A stretch of 64,000 bases of DNA from Candidatus Methylacidiphilales bacterium (GTDB lineage: Bacteria > Verrucomicrobiota > Verrucomicrobiia > Methylacidiphilales > JANWVL01): contig JANWVL010000045.1 of the NCBI GenBank assembly GCA_025056655.1, forward strand, positions 48 through 64,047. Reading direction: 5' to 3'. Within the stretch, counting starts at the first letter, position 1. Each line of letters opens with the position of its first letter. A program made the translations under genes and the position numbers. Shown in pieces: positions 47,657-57,258 of this stretch. The notes under the pieces were generated by a model that did no database searches, was not told the DNA's origin, and saw only the letters and a program-made list of their open reading frames with translations.

Positions 47657-49171
47657 ATGCGACAAATGCGACAAACCTCACCATACACTCCGCTACTCCT
47701 AATGCTAACGATCGTCGCTATTTTCGCACTCTCCATCAGCCCCGTAATGACTCAAGCGGGAAAAAATCACGAAACCTACATAGTCAAACCGGGCGACACC
47801 CTCTGGCAACTCGCTCGTTCCCGCGGATGCTCAGTCGAAGAAGTTAAAAAACTTAACCGCCTCAACTCCGACCTCATCCGTCCCAACCAAAAACTCATCT
47901 TTCCTAAACCTCGCGTCGTCACAATCACCCAAAAACCAGCACCAGTCGCCCCCGCAGGCAAGACTGTCAAGGTCATAAATTCCATACCCTCACCTGCTCC
48001 CAAGTTTTCCAAAGCAAACCCTAGCCTCTACTCCCTCCCCCTTAAAAAATCTTTCGCCTCGCCAACAAAAGTTCCTCGAACTCACACTACTCAAACACCA
48101 TCAGAGCCTCTCCTCACATCCCCATCATCCCCCACCCAGATCAATCCTCGATCCATCTCCCTCGATCCACCCCCCTACATAGCCCAAAATCTCCCCCTCC
48201 GCAGCGCCTCTGCCAACCGCAGCCAAATCCAACTAAACCCCCAAGAAAGCAAATTCCAAATCGCTGAAGAACCAACATTCGACTACAATGAAGTATTCAA
48301 CGACGAAATCAGCCTTACTCCTACAACTCTAATTACCCATAAAAAAGATCACCCACAGCAAATTCAAGCCACCTCCTCCAAGACTGACGATTCCACCCCC
48401 ATTTCAATCACCAAAAAACTCACTCACTCACCCAAACACAACCACTCCTCAAAATTCCGCTCTCCCTTAATCTTCTCCCATACCACTCCGCCCCCCACCA
48501 CCTCCTCTTCCAAACCCAACTCCAAAAACACGGTCTCCACAATCCCTCCCCTCACCCGCCTCCACACCCGCGTGCCCGGACGTGCTACTGAACAATTCCG
48601 AAACGAAATCCGCCGCATAGCCTCACAAGGCATAAAATACAAAGGCCGCTGGCGTCCCCCAGGCGAATCCGTCCCATGGGTCATGGATTGCTCCAACACC
48701 ACTCGGTGGCTCTACCAACGCGTAGCCGGCGTCGATATCGGACGCACCGCCTCAGATCAATTCCTCAGCTTGCGCAACCGCGGACGCATCTGGATCGTCC
48801 CCAAAGACGCCTCCGGTAACCCCTCTCGCGATTTCCTCGAAAAAAACCTTCGCCCCGGTGACCTCCTCTTTTGGGAACACACCTACCGCCCCGTCCGCTG
48901 GCCCCCGATAACACATGTAGCCATCTACCTTGGCAAAGACGAAAAAGGACGCTACCTCATGGCCGCCTCAAACTCTAGCGGCACCTCCACCCGTCGCGGT
49001 GGCCCCAACATCTACGTGTTTCGCCCAGAAATGAACTTCGGTGGTTACCGCCCCATCGGCTCTTCCCGTTATCGTCACGGTCGCTTCGTAGCGATCGGAC
49101 GCCCTGTAGACAACCTTGACCGCCAAACCTTTGCCCACCAAACAGAAGAAATGCGTGACCTCCTTCAATAA
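47657..49171 (+). CDS. LysM domain / NlpC-P60 family cell-wall peptidase with a long Pro/Ser/Thr-rich linker
   Basis: It has a signal/TM segment and a LysM domain (YIVKPGDTLWQLARSRGCSVEEVKKLNRLNSDLIRPNQKLIFP). A ~290-aa low-complexity linker follows. The C-terminal P60 core has catalytic Cys in MDCSNTTRWLY and His in THVAIYLG. Confidence 0.82.
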   Translation: MRQMRQTSPYTPLLLMLTIVAIFALSISPVMTQAGKNHETYIVKPGDTLWQLARSRGCSVEEVKKLNRLNSDLIRPNQKLIFPKPRVVTITQKPAPVAPAGKTVKVINSIPSPAPKFSKANPSLYSLPLKKSFASPTKVPRTHTTQTPSEPLLTSPSSPTQINPRSISLDPPPYIAQNLPLRSASANRSQIQLNPQESKFQIAEEPTFDYNEVFNDEISLTPTTLITHKKDHPQQIQATSSKTDDSTPISITKKLTHSPKHNHSSKFRSPLIFSHTTPPPTTSSSKPNSKNTVSTIPPLTRLHTRVPGRATEQFRNEIRRIASQGIKYKGRWRPPGESVPWVMDCSNTTRWLYQRVAGVDIGRTASDQFLSLRNRGRIWIVPKDASGNPSRDFLEKNLRPGDLLFWEHTYRPVRWPPITHVAIYLGKDEKGRYLMAASNSSGTSTRRGGPNIYVFRPEMNFGGYRPIGSSRYRHGRFVAIGRPVDNLDRQTFAHQTEEMRDLLQ

Positions 49172-49183
49172 AACCTAACCGTC

Positions 49184-50188
49184 ATGCCTACTTCTGCATC
49201 TATCACTCAGTTCATCCAACATCACTTCCGACACTTCAACGCAGCCGCCCTCAAAGAAGCCGCCATCTCTTACATCCACCACCTGGATCAAGGAGGAATG
49301 ATGTTCCTCACCCTCGCAGGAGCAATGTCCACAGCAGAGCTTGGCCTCTCCTTAGCCGAAATGATCCGACAAAATAAAGTTCACGCTATCTGCTGCACCG
49401 GCGCTAATCTTGAAGAAGACGTCTTCAACCTAGTCGCCCATCACCATTACAAAAGAATTCCCCACTATCGAGATTTAACCCCCCAAGATGAACAAACCCT
49501 CCTCGAACAACACCTTAACCGCGTCACCGACACCTGCATCCCAGAAATAGAAGCAATGCGTCGCATCGAAACTGCCATGCTCGAAGAATGGCAACGAGCA
49601 GACCAAGCCGGAGAGCGCTTCTTTCCCCACGAGTTTTTTTACCGCATCCTCCTCTCCGGAGTTCTCGAAAAACATTACCAGATCGACCCCAAAGACTCAT
49701 GGGTCCATGCAGCCGCGCAGAAAAACCTGCCTCTCTTTGTCCCCGGCTGGGAAGACTCGACCCTAGGTAACATGTATGCCGCACACGTCATCAGCGGCAA
49801 TATCCGCAACGTCCACACCATCCGCACAGGCATCGAATACATGATCGCACTCGCAGATTGGTATACCACCCACGCTCACCCCTTACACCCCGACAACCCA
49901 GATGTCGGCAACATCGGCTTTTTCCAAATCGGCGGCGGAATCGCGGGTGATTTCCCAATTTGCGTCGTCCCCATGCTTCACCAAGACCTAGGCCGCACAG
50001 GCATCCCCCTCTGGGGTTACTTCTGCCAAATCAGTGACTCGACCACCTCATACGGCTCCTATTCCGGAGCTGTCCCAAACGAAAAGATCACATGGGGTAA
50101 GCTATCCGTCCACACCCCTAAGCACATCATAGAATCTGACGCAACAATCGTTGCGCCCCTGATATTTGCCCTAGTCCTTGGCTGGTAA
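49184..50188 (+). CDS. Deoxyhypusine synthase-like protein (bacterial DHS / homospermidine synthase-like)
   Basis: 334 aa. FLTLAGAMSTAELG, AICCTGANLEEDVF and GGGIAGDF match the DHS fold as I recall it. Confidence 0.75.
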   Translation: MPTSASITQFIQHHFRHFNAAALKEAAISYIHHLDQGGMMFLTLAGAMSTAELGLSLAEMIRQNKVHAICCTGANLEEDVFNLVAHHHYKRIPHYRDLTPQDEQTLLEQHLNRVTDTCIPEIEAMRRIETAMLEEWQRADQAGERFFPHEFFYRILLSGVLEKHYQIDPKDSWVHAAAQKNLPLFVPGWEDSTLGNMYAAHVISGNIRNVHTIRTGIEYMIALADWYTTHAHPLHPDNPDVGNIGFFQIGGGIAGDFPICVVPMLHQDLGRTGIPLWGYFCQISDSTTSYGSYSGAVPNEKITWGKLSVHTPKHIIESDATIVAPLIFALVLGW

Positions 50189-50226
50189 AACAAGCCCGAC
50201 GGAAAATGGAGCTTGCAAAAAGATTA

Positions 50227-51114
50227 TTAAAACTTACCGATCATTACCCCTCGGCTAAAGACCATGGCTGCACCACTCCTTTCAATTTTTTCTCTCGCTG
50301 CGCTTAGCGCTCTAAAACCAAAAAACAGCGCCTTCACCTTGCCCTTAATTCCCTTTTTGACACGATCTACAATCTTAAGAAATCTAACCACCTCTTTTTC
50401 AGTCAGATTACTTTTCGCTTCTCCCAGAACGGTCACTGGTTGACCTTTGACGTGACCACGGATCACAAAATCAAAAGGATAAACGTGGCCGTTTGTCTTA
50501 ATTTCTTCAGGACCTGAGCTGCTGATCTTCATATGCCAATGCTTTTCAAGCAGCTCCGGCACAATATCAATCGCCAAATCTTCGAGATTAGCCCCTAATG
50601 CCTCTGTCAACGCACCGATAGACTTATCCGTCCTCGCCTGTGCCTCAGCCAATTCATTTAGCCGCTGCTCTGTCCGCTCCTGTGCCTTCTCCAACCGCAA
50701 TATACTCTCCGCCAACTCATTGACCCGCGCCTCTGTCCTCGCCTGTGCCTCAGCCAACTCATTTAGCCGCTGCTCTGTCCGCTCCTGTGCCTTCTCCAAC
50801 CGCGATATACTCTCCGCCAACTCATTGACCCGCGCCTCAGTCCTCGCCTGCGCCTCGGCCAGCACCTTAAACCGCAGCTCTGTCTCCTCTTGAAATTTTA
50901 CAAGTCGATCAAATCGCTGGTTAGTCTCTGCCTGAAACTTTCCGATCTGTTCAATCGTGATGCCGAGGCTGTGAACGATTTGTTTCAACTCAGAGAAATC
51001 TTCACGAGCCACCAGATTACTGGCTATCTCCCCAACCACCTGTGAAAGCACCTCTGCTTGTCTTTTTTCAAAGACTTGTCCGAGCCGGTCTTCAATCACA
51101 GAGGTTTCAGCCAT
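50227..51114 (-). CDS. Coiled-coil protein with C-terminal PD-(D/E)xK nuclease-like domain (DUF3782-like architecture)
   Basis: The N-terminal ~190 aa are heptad-rich with repeated AEAQARTEARVNELAES..RLEKAQERTEQRLNEL units. The C-terminus has FDFVI...VLGEAKSNLT, which fits a D...E.K restriction-endonuclease-fold motif. Confidence 0.65.
   Translation of the reverse strand: MAETSVIEDRLGQVFEKRQAEVLSQVVGEIASNLVAREDFSELKQIVHSLGITIEQIGKFQAETNQRFDRLVKFQEETELRFKVLAEAQARTEARVNELAESISRLEKAQERTEQRLNELAEAQARTEARVNELAESILRLEKAQERTEQRLNELAEAQARTDKSIGALTEALGANLEDLAIDIVPELLEKHWHMKISSSGPEEIKTNGHVYPFDFVIRGHVKGQPVTVLGEAKSNLTEKEVVRFLKIVDRVKKGIKGKVKALFFGFRALSAAREKIERSGAAMVFSRGVMIGKF
50631..50860. repeat. In-frame 105-bp (35-aa) tandem repeat, 2 full copies plus a partial third, inside the coiled-coil gene
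   Basis: Copy 1 (50631-50735) and copy 2 (50736-50840) differ at 3 of 105 positions by direct comparison. A third copy starts at 50841 and then degenerates. Confidence 0.9.
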
Positions 51115-51194
51115 TCCATTACCCTACCACGGAACCCCCACCCCAGCAAGCATCCTGCCAATTACTCTTCATGAGTTGCGGCTAGAACGGAACA

Positions 51195-51237
51195 TTGACA
51201 AAACTATTGACAAACATACTCGTCGCATATCTATACT
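51195..51237 (+). promoter_or_regulatory. Candidate sigma70-type promoter for tRNA-Gly
   Basis: Two TTGACA hexamers (51195-51200 and 51207-51212) and a TATACT at 51232-51237. The spacer from the second hexamer is 19 nt, longer than optimal. The tRNA starts at 51258. Confidence 0.3.
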
Positions 51238-51257
51238 AATCTCATTAATCACACAGC

Positions 51258-51333
<76 letters not shown>

Positions 51334-51451
51334 TTCCCAGCGAGCACTCTAATACACGAAAAACACATCATCAGGACATAATTCCTGGTGCATTTTACCT
51401 GCTGCGTTTTATTTTACAGCAAATCCAAAAGCCGCTATCTTAGCTTTATCC

Positions 51452-52765
51452 ATGAGTGAATCCACAGCCATAGTCCCGCGACCGAGAATGCCCCTGTCGA
51501 TGGATATCTATGACTTCGATAACCCACATATCAGCGAGCTCGATAGACAAATTCGCCGTTATTCAATAATTGCCATTTTATTCTCGATCCTTTTCCACGC
51601 CCTAGCAGTGGTCTTTCTAATCGTTACTCAAATCCATTCCATACAGACTATCGATGACTACGACCGTCCAGAGCGCCCCATCATAGTCCAACGTAGAGAA
51701 ATACCTCCTCCCCCTCCGTTACAACCCAAAAACGACACCCCAGGTATCCCCTCCGAGACCCCCACTCAATCGAATGTAGGACGCATTCTTCAAGCCCCAC
51801 CTCAGCTTTCTACGCCCAAAATCCCTGTCGAAACAAACATTTCGATTAATCAACCTCGCTACTCCATCCCAGAAGTCTCCATCAGCCAAGATGTCATCGC
51901 TTCACTACCTTCAGCTCCTACCCCTCTTGAATCAAGCCCCTTCATCCCCTCCTCGGAAGCCATCCGCGAAGCCCTCACGAGCGCACGCGCAGGGATTACT
52001 CAAGAAGGAGACGAAACTCTAGCCGCCATCGCTCGCGCCCTCGGAGATGATACAAACCGCGCCTTACTCGGTCCATCCGGCACAGGCTTAAATTCCGGTG
52101 TAGGCACCTCGACAATCCCAGGCTTCGATGAAATCCGCTCTAGCCTTTCCACCCAATCCAGCGTTCCTCCAGGCTACGCCGAGCCCGTTACCATGACGCT
52201 TCCCAGCGACATCCTCTTTGACTTCAACTCAGCCGAGCTCCGCCCCAGTGCCATCCCCATTCTCGAAAAAGCCAGAGAAATCCTCCTCCGCTTCCCCAAT
52301 GCTTTAGTGGATATTCATGGCCATACAGATACTTTCGGCACGGACGAATACAACATGACCCTATCCCAACTCCGCGCCGACACCGTCGCCAGCTGGCTCC
52401 GCAACGCCCTTCGCAATCCCAATTACAAATTCCGCACTAAAGGATTCGGCAAGACCCAACCCAAAGTCAACCCCCGCGGAAGCCAACAACAACAAGAACC
52501 CAATCGCCGCGTCGAAATCCTCATCTACGCAGAACTCCCCAAGACACCCAGCCAAGCCCAACCTTCCCTCATTCCCACTATCACAACCCCAAACCCGACC
52601 AACCCGCCCAATCCCCCCCTACCACCCACCCACTCCCTCATCACACCCGCCACTACGCCTCCCACTTCCGACAACAGCATCCCTACTGCCCCCGCAATCC
52701 CCGTCGGCACACCCATTCCCGAGGATGCCGAGAACGCAACCCCCGCTCCTGCCAACAAGCCTTAA
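51452..52765 (+). CDS. OmpA/MotB-domain protein with N-terminal TM anchor and Pro-rich regions
   Basis: The C-terminal OmpA-like domain has FDFNSAELRP, HGHTDTFGTDEYNMTLSQLRA and NRRVEILI. Pro/Thr-rich segments flank it on both sides. Confidence 0.82.
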   Translation: MSESTAIVPRPRMPLSMDIYDFDNPHISELDRQIRRYSIIAILFSILFHALAVVFLIVTQIHSIQTIDDYDRPERPIIVQRREIPPPPPLQPKNDTPGIPSETPTQSNVGRILQAPPQLSTPKIPVETNISINQPRYSIPEVSISQDVIASLPSAPTPLESSPFIPSSEAIREALTSARAGITQEGDETLAAIARALGDDTNRALLGPSGTGLNSGVGTSTIPGFDEIRSSLSTQSSVPPGYAEPVTMTLPSDILFDFNSAELRPSAIPILEKAREILLRFPNALVDIHGHTDTFGTDEYNMTLSQLRADTVASWLRNALRNPNYKFRTKGFGKTQPKVNPRGSQQQQEPNRRVEILIYAELPKTPSQAQPSLIPTITTPNPTNPPNPPLPPTHSLITPATTPPTSDNSIPTAPAIPVGTPIPEDAENATPAPANKP

Positions 52766-52831
52766 GGTTTGCCCGCCAGCATAGAAACGCTCAGACCGCC
52801 CCTTTCAGGCTGCGCAAATGTAGAAAAATCC

Positions 52832-53305
52832 CTAAGCCCTCGGAAGCGCAATCTTCCCCGTTCGCGATAAGTCGAGGATCCCAAATGGCTCCATTAACGT
52901 AATGAACTTATTAACTTTCGCCTCATCCCCCGTAATTTCTATCGTGAGCGAATCGAGCTGCACATCCACAATCTTAGCCCGAAAAATGTTTGCAAACTCA
53001 ATCACCTCTGCCCGCAGTTCAGCCGGCGTCTTCACCTTGATCAACACCAGCTCCCGATCAATCGAATCCCCCTCGCGAAAATCGTGCACCTCGATCACAT
53101 CTATCAATTTCTTAAGTTGCAACACCACCTGATCCAGCGTCTTATCATCGCCTCTCACCACGATTGTCATACGTGACGTCTTCTCATCGTGGATTGGCGC
53201 AACATTCAGGCTATCGATATTGTAACCGCGACCACTAAACAGCCCAGCGACACGTGTAAGCACTCCAAAGCGATTCTCAACAAGAACTGAAATCGTATGA
53301 CGCAT
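52832..53305 (-). CDS. ilvH: Acetolactate synthase small (regulatory) subunit
   Basis: Starts at MRHTISVLVENRFGVLTRVAGLFSGRGYNIDSLNV (ACT domain), followed by the C-terminal ALS_ss domain. The track ORF extends to 53443 into the upstream gene. ATG 53305 gives the normal 157 aa. Confidence 0.88.
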   Translation of the reverse strand: MRHTISVLVENRFGVLTRVAGLFSGRGYNIDSLNVAPIHDEKTSRMTIVVRGDDKTLDQVVLQLKKLIDVIEVHDFREGDSIDRELVLIKVKTPAELRAEVIEFANIFRAKIVDVQLDSLTIEITGDEAKVNKFITLMEPFGILDLSRTGKIALPRA

Positions 53306-53351
53306 AATCCAATCTCTTAGCAGCCTTCTACCTTGTGGCAATGCATCGCTT

Positions 53352-55025
53352 TCACTCCTTTTTCCTTGTCTTAAACGACTCCGACTGTCGGGACGTAGCA
53401 GCTCCCGAGGACTCCGGCGCATGAAGAAGAGGAGGCAAATCATCTAGCGGCTTATCTGGTGGAGCAGGCGTAAATTCCGCCGGCAAAGGCTCATCATGGC
53501 TAGGATGAGGCCGATGCTTCTTCCTAGAAGAAGTATCCCGCTCCTCATCTGCTGCATACGCAGTCTGGCTAAAACCCCGACCTATGAAATAACGCCATGT
53601 ATGAGGAAAAGTGTCAGGAACGTCCTCGAGAGGCAGCGGCTCCACAGAACGAAATTGTGCTGCAAGATCAGGAGATGGCCCCGTATCCCGCGTAAAAATT
53701 AAAAGTGCATCGTAATTAACGTGATCATCAAAACTCGGCCAAAACTGATATTGATTTTCCCGAGCACGCTCTGGAGTGAGATAAGTCGTCGTAGCATCCC
53801 GAAGATAAAACGTCAGCGAGGCCGCCACATAAGCATCATCCGTGATGATAAACGTTGCCCCGATATGCTCGTTAATCCGTTGAATCTGATCCGCAAAACC
53901 CTGCCAAGACTGCACCTCCACACAGCGTCTTTCGATAGGCCCAAAGATATTCTCTTTACGTCCCACTATCCCATAAAGACTTTGAAAAGCCGTCGCAACA
54001 AGCACCGCAAGCAGAACAAAACGCCAGACCCGATTGCCTTGCGTAAGATGCGCCCAGACGCTCACCGCCACAATCATCGTCGGATAATAAAAAACCATCT
54101 CCCAATACGGATGCGGGTTGCCAAGCGCATAGCGGAAGATCGCCAAAAGAAAGCCCGGCAGGCTAAAACAAAGCAGAAGAGTTGTTATATGCTGTGTTGT
54201 ATGCGCTCGCCGAATAAAAACGATGGCCAAGATCAATGCCATGCTAAGCGCCGGCCCCAGAAGCCAAAATTGCCGAATGAAAAACTCAACCAATCGGCTT
54301 AACTCAAACTGAGTATGAAGCCGAGTAGCTATCTCAATGAAAAATAGCGTCCGCTCCTTAAAAAGCCCCATCTGATAATGCCAGACCAACGCTGGAAGAA
54401 ACCCCACCAGCGTTATGGCAGCCGTCAAAAGCATACGCCTCCGCGGAATCGGCCGATCAGAACGACGATTCACCCAATAATACAAGCCAAGCCCCAATAT
54501 CCACGTCAGGTTAGACCAAGCGACCATGATCCCCCCTGCACAGGCAAGCCCAGCCAGAATTGCTCCACGCCAAGTCGGAATATGCAAAAGGAAAGCAATA
54601 CCATAGAGCGCTAAAGCCATTAACGCCAAAGAAACCGAAGCCTCATTCAGAAGGATGGTCTTCCACGCATATAGAGGCGTGATAAGGTAGAGAAGGACAC
54701 AATAGAAAGCGTTTTGTGGGTTATACCACAGCCGAGCAGTGAGGAAGAGGATAAACCCCATAGAGGCATACAAAGCTGCAGTAATGCATCGCAGCCCAAG
54801 CTCTGTATCCCCAAAAAGTGCACTACCAATGGCCGCAAGCCATGGCACACCCGCACCCTGATCCCAATATCCCCAATCCCAATTTTTGCCCTTCAGCCAC
54901 GCATATGCCTCGGCCTCACTCAATTCAAACGTCTGCCCAAGCCAAAATCGAAAAAACAACGCTGCAAAAAGAAGAAGTGTCACCCGTTTGCGGTAGGTGC
55001 GAGGCATGATAGTCTCTGGAATCAT
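53352..55025 (-). CDS. Glycosyltransferase family 39 (ArnT / dolichyl-phosphate-mannose mannosyltransferase-like) membrane protein
   Basis: 557 aa with about ten TM helices in the N-terminal 330 aa, then a soluble C-terminal domain. The topology is typical of GT-C PMT_2 enzymes. Confidence 0.72.
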   Translation of the reverse strand: MIPETIMPRTYRKRVTLLLFAALFFRFWLGQTFELSEAEAYAWLKGKNWDWGYWDQGAGVPWLAAIGSALFGDTELGLRCITAALYASMGFILFLTARLWYNPQNAFYCVLLYLITPLYAWKTILLNEASVSLALMALALYGIAFLLHIPTWRGAILAGLACAGGIMVAWSNLTWILGLGLYYWVNRRSDRPIPRRRMLLTAAITLVGFLPALVWHYQMGLFKERTLFFIEIATRLHTQFELSRLVEFFIRQFWLLGPALSMALILAIVFIRRAHTTQHITTLLLCFSLPGFLLAIFRYALGNPHPYWEMVFYYPTMIVAVSVWAHLTQGNRVWRFVLLAVLVATAFQSLYGIVGRKENIFGPIERRCVEVQSWQGFADQIQRINEHIGATFIITDDAYVAASLTFYLRDATTTYLTPERARENQYQFWPSFDDHVNYDALLIFTRDTGPSPDLAAQFRSVEPLPLEDVPDTFPHTWRYFIGRGFSQTAYAADEERDTSSRKKHRPHPSHDEPLPAEFTPAPPDKPLDDLPPLLHAPESSGAATSRQSESFKTRKKE

Positions 55026-55128
55026 GAAAAGGGAGGTGTGCTTTCAAAAACAAGGATTATGAACGAGCCCATACCCGCGACAAGTTTCTTTCTTTGATGT
55101 ATTCGCGTTGAAACACTATATTCCAACC

Positions 55129-55857
55129 ATGAACTCAAGCCCATCGAAAAACCGCGCAGCAGCGTGCATATTGGCTCTAATTCTTGGATCTACCTCGCTG
55201 AATGGCAGCCCCATCACCCACAATCATCAGACCAAGATCTCCGATCGGATACTCCACCACTTTCAACTGGAACCGCTCGTATTAACAGGCCGAATGAAAA
55301 CGGCACAAGACAGTCACCCCTTGATCTTAGTCACGCGTGATAATCAACTCACTTATCGCTTTCCAAAACATAACCTGTTTTTTCGCGTCGAATTCACAAA
55401 AAAAGGCAACAAACTCTTCGTAAAACAAGCTGCCGATGCGCCTTGGAAGACTTTAGAGAAAGAGCAATACCTTGACCGCATCCTCAATTCCGACGCCACC
55501 TATGAAGATCTCACGCTAAATTTCATACATTGGAGCCAGACCGTCGCTCTCGGCCCCGATACGATCAAGACCGTGCCCGCACTCAAATACGAAGCCTCTG
55601 CACCCCCAGGTGAAAAAAGCAGTTACTCTCGAATTCGCTATTGGGTCGAGGCCGCATCTTTTGCCCTCTTACGAGCCGATGCCTTGAATGACAAAGGGCA
55701 AGTGATAAAACGCCTCGAAGTTAATGGAGTAATACGCCTGGGAAACGTCGTAGTTATAAAAGAACTCCAAATTTCTTCCATGATACCAGGACGAGATCTA
55801 TCCGCTTCTCGAACCTACATCGAGTTTTGGGATGTAAAGCCCGCAGAAACGGGATAA
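55129..55857 (+). CDS. Outer-membrane lipoprotein-sorting (LolA-like) family protein, secreted
   Basis: Signal peptide MNSSPSKNRAAACILALILG. SDATYEDLTLNF and YSRIRYWVE...LLRADALNDKGQVIKRLEV fit the LolA_like pattern. The track start TTG 55108 is less likely than ATG 55129. Confidence 0.65.
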   Translation: MNSSPSKNRAAACILALILGSTSLNGSPITHNHQTKISDRILHHFQLEPLVLTGRMKTAQDSHPLILVTRDNQLTYRFPKHNLFFRVEFTKKGNKLFVKQAADAPWKTLEKEQYLDRILNSDATYEDLTLNFIHWSQTVALGPDTIKTVPALKYEASAPPGEKSSYSRIRYWVEAASFALLRADALNDKGQVIKRLEVNGVIRLGNVVVIKELQISSMIPGRDLSASRTYIEFWDVKPAETG

Positions 55858-55866
55858 ACGCCAGTT

Positions 55867-57243
55867 ATGGGCTTAAATCCATTTGAACGCCGCCTTCAAC
55901 TTGCCTCTACGTTGGGTGTGATTTGGGCACTATTGATCTCTACCGCCTCTGTCGCGGGAATATTCGATACCTTTGAGGACGTCGTGCTAGACTGGGGCCA
56001 GACATTGCACAACGCCACACCCTACCCGGATCGAGATCTGGCGCTGATCGCCATCGAGCAGGTCTCAACTGACCGGCCGTGGCCTTGGCCGCGATTTGAA
56101 TATGCCTTGATGACTCGCGCCCTCATTGATCGTGCACCCCACAGTATTGTTTTTGAAGTGTTGTTCAACGATGATGACGCACGCTCTAGTGCCTTCGACG
56201 ACACCTTCCTGAGCTACGTTCATCGCATTCCTAAGCGCGTATTTGCAGGCGCTGTGCTTCGGAGCCCTGATCCCGATCCGTTGCCTGAGGGGCTTACTTC
56301 AATCAATGTCAAAGGCGAACGAGCTGCACTGCCTACTTTTGGTTCCTTACTTTGGCCTCTTACTCATCTCATCCGAGACTCACAGGCTGGCCCGCGAAAT
56401 ATCCTGCCATCCGTAAATCAGCCTTTGCGCCGTATCCCTTTGATCTTTAACGTTGATGGCACAATCACTCCTTCGCTGGCTTTACAAGCAGCAGCGATTA
56501 AGATCGGCGCTGATCCTAATTTGACGCGCGTCGTGCTCGCTCAGCATATCGAGCTGGTTCATTCAAACGGAAAAGTCCTACGGACTATTCCGATTGATAA
56601 AGAGGGTTGCATGCGTTTGCGCTTTTATCCAAAACAAGAGCGCTTCTTGACGATCAATTTTGATGATTTTTTGGTGATGGCAGATCAAGCCGAGCGAGGC
56701 ACTCAACCCTCAATCGATCTCAACCTTCTGCGAAAACGTCAGATATGGATCAGTTGCACGGATCGTTCGGTCAGCCGTCCGATCTTGACCGTTGTCGGAC
56801 TACGTCCTCCGGTCGAGATACACATGCAAGCTGTAAAAATGATTTTGGATAATAATTTCACCCGATTTTGGCATCCGGTGTTGATTTTTTTGTGTTTTAT
56901 CGCTTTCAGCATCTTTTTTAGCCGCATTTTTGTAGAGTGGGGAATGAGCCCGGGAATGGCTTTACTACTTGTAGTCGGCCTAGTCTGGGGCGAGCTTCAC
57001 ATGCTGCTGTATCAGTGGCTAAATCTTGCTTTTCCCTTGGTGGCTTTTGGGGTCTTACTTGTCGGCCTGGTGGCTATGGGTCTTGCTGCGCGCCTCTGGC
57101 AATTCGAAGATGAGCCGAGTCCAAAGTTGTTACTTGAGTTTTCTACCGTCCCGACACGCGCTATTGCTCAACTCCCGGCTCCAGCTCAAGCTCGTGTGGA
57201 GCGAGAATTTCAGCGGCACGATACTTTGCGGGTCTCGCGGTAA
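55867..57243 (+). CDS. CHASE2 domain membrane protein without a recognisable output domain
   Basis: An N-terminal TM is followed by a ~300-aa periplasmic region with the CHASE2 hallmark IAIEQVSTDRPWPWPR. Three C-terminal TM helices follow. The cytoplasmic tail is only ~50 aa. Confidence 0.75.
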   Translation: MGLNPFERRLQLASTLGVIWALLISTASVAGIFDTFEDVVLDWGQTLHNATPYPDRDLALIAIEQVSTDRPWPWPRFEYALMTRALIDRAPHSIVFEVLFNDDDARSSAFDDTFLSYVHRIPKRVFAGAVLRSPDPDPLPEGLTSINVKGERAALPTFGSLLWPLTHLIRDSQAGPRNILPSVNQPLRRIPLIFNVDGTITPSLALQAAAIKIGADPNLTRVVLAQHIELVHSNGKVLRTIPIDKEGCMRLRFYPKQERFLTINFDDFLVMADQAERGTQPSIDLNLLRKRQIWISCTDRSVSRPILTVVGLRPPVEIHMQAVKMILDNNFTRFWHPVLIFLCFIAFSIFFSRIFVEWGMSPGMALLLVVGLVWGELHMLLYQWLNLAFPLVAFGVLLVGLVAMGLAARLWQFEDEPSPKLLLEFSTVPTRAIAQLPAPAQARVEREFQRHDTLRVSR

Positions 57244-57258
57244 TCGACTGCATGTGAG

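Noticed and set aside
53721-54302. 193-aa plus-strand ORF antisense to the GT39 gene
   Set aside because: Extremely Arg/Lys/Pro-rich and located inside the TM region of the GT39 frame. It is a skew artefact.
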